Shown: positions 34,017 to 34,574 of the stretch, in pieces | Numbering within the stretch: the stretch's first letter is position 1 | Layout: each line of letters opens with the position of its first letter | Origin: a virus | Taxonomy: Duplodnaviria; Caudoviricetes | Virus record (IMG/VR): IMGVR_UViG_3300044647_001529 | Span: 1-34,574 of that record | Length of the DNA stretch: 34,574 nucleotides | Reading direction: 5' to 3' (one strand) | Program-made: the position numbers and the translations under genes | Notes under the pieces: generated by a model | What the model saw: only the letters and a program-made list of their open reading frames with translations | Told to the model about the DNA's origin: nothing | The model's database searches: none

Positions 34017-34034
34017 TTTGGGATTTCTCCTTGG

Positions 34035-34331
34035 TTATGCCTCGGCTTCGACAAGCTCCTCGGCCTGTTCGTGTTCCTCGGCGGGTGGTTCGATCTCTTG
34101 AAAACGCCATTCTGCGAAGCCTCTTTCCGGGTGAGGCGGAACGGATGAGCATGGGTTTTGCATCCCTTCTAAATAAACAACGATCTCGCCGTGTTCGCCT
34201 GTGCTTGAAAGCCCGACCCCCATGTCCCTTACCTTATAGACCCTATCTTTTATTGGTAGGCAGTTATAGAACAGGAGCAGTTCGGGCGGGAACCGATCAT
34301 CCACGCAGACAACTTTTGAGCCTGTTCTCAC
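34035..34331 (-). CDS. Hypothetical protein (SH3-like beta protein)
   Basis: Start moved to the GTG at 34331 (GTGA overlap with junction-spanning gene); GSKVVCVDD...F...RF. Confidence 0.65.
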   Translation of the reverse strand: MRTGSKVVCVDDRFPPELLLFYNCLPIKDRVYKVRDMGVGLSSTGEHGEIVVYLEGMQNPCSSVPPHPERGFAEWRFQEIEPPAEEHEQAEELVEAEA

Positions 34332-34421
34332 CGTTTTTTGCCTCGCCTTTTTAAGCCTTTTTGCCATGCGTCCTTGTTCCATTTCGGACATTCCTTCCGC
34401 CGCCTTTCATGCACCCTCAAG

Positions 34422-34574
34422 GCTCGCTCTTTATAGATTTGCCTGACTCGCTCGCTCCGTTGAACTCTTAAGACAAGCCCTGTCCTTTGAGTTAGCTCCG
34501 ATAGCCGTGCAGATAGGGCGGCTCTTGTGTATGGGCGGTTTGTGTTTGGGTTAAGGTAGCGTTTGGCAATGCTC
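34422..34574. repeat. Terminal direct repeat, right copy
   Basis: 151/153 identical to 1-153. Confidence 0.97.

Noticed and set aside
273-34354. Plus-strand ORFs in the supplied track
   Set aside because: All are antisense shadows of tightly tiled minus-strand genes, with no recognisable motifs
1-34574. Stop-codon reassignment or tRNA genes
   Set aside because: TAA, TGA and TAG all end well-formed genes, coding density is high in the standard code, and no cloverleaf was seen in the short intergenic gaps

Overview
The window looks like a complete, circularly assembled tailed-phage genome of about 34,421 bp. Bases 1-153 repeat at 34422-34574 with two synonymous differences, and a gene reads through the junction. 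All credible genes are on the minus strand. Reading in the direction of transcription (high to low coordinates): ParB-like protein, small terminase, HNH nuclease, lambda GpA-type large terminase, gpW-like protein, an extended 931-aa lambda-type portal, prohead protease with nested scaffold, decoration protein and major capsid protein. Next come a five-gene glycosyl-/methyltransferase block and a short non-contractile tail module with duplicated genes and a -1 frameshifted chaperone. Lysis genes follow (holin, spanin pair, M15 endolysin), implying a diderm host. The early/replication region has a metallophosphoesterase, minimal ligase domain, nuclease, ssDNA-annealing protein, an initiator with internal iterons, and HTH proteins. 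I recognised no integrase, repressor, DNA polymerase, tRNA or CRISPR. Four observations stand out. (1) The capsid gene 3' UTR has a 15-nt segment, just ahead of its terminator, that is antisense to the ribosome-binding sites of two early replication/recombination starts. (2) The portal looks like a polyprotein, with three C-terminal cargo modules each preceded by E-L-[AG]. (3) TTGACATAA recurs 10-26 nt upstream of start codons. (4) The glycosylation/methylation block sits between head and neck genes. All family assignments come from motif recognition by eye, not database searches.
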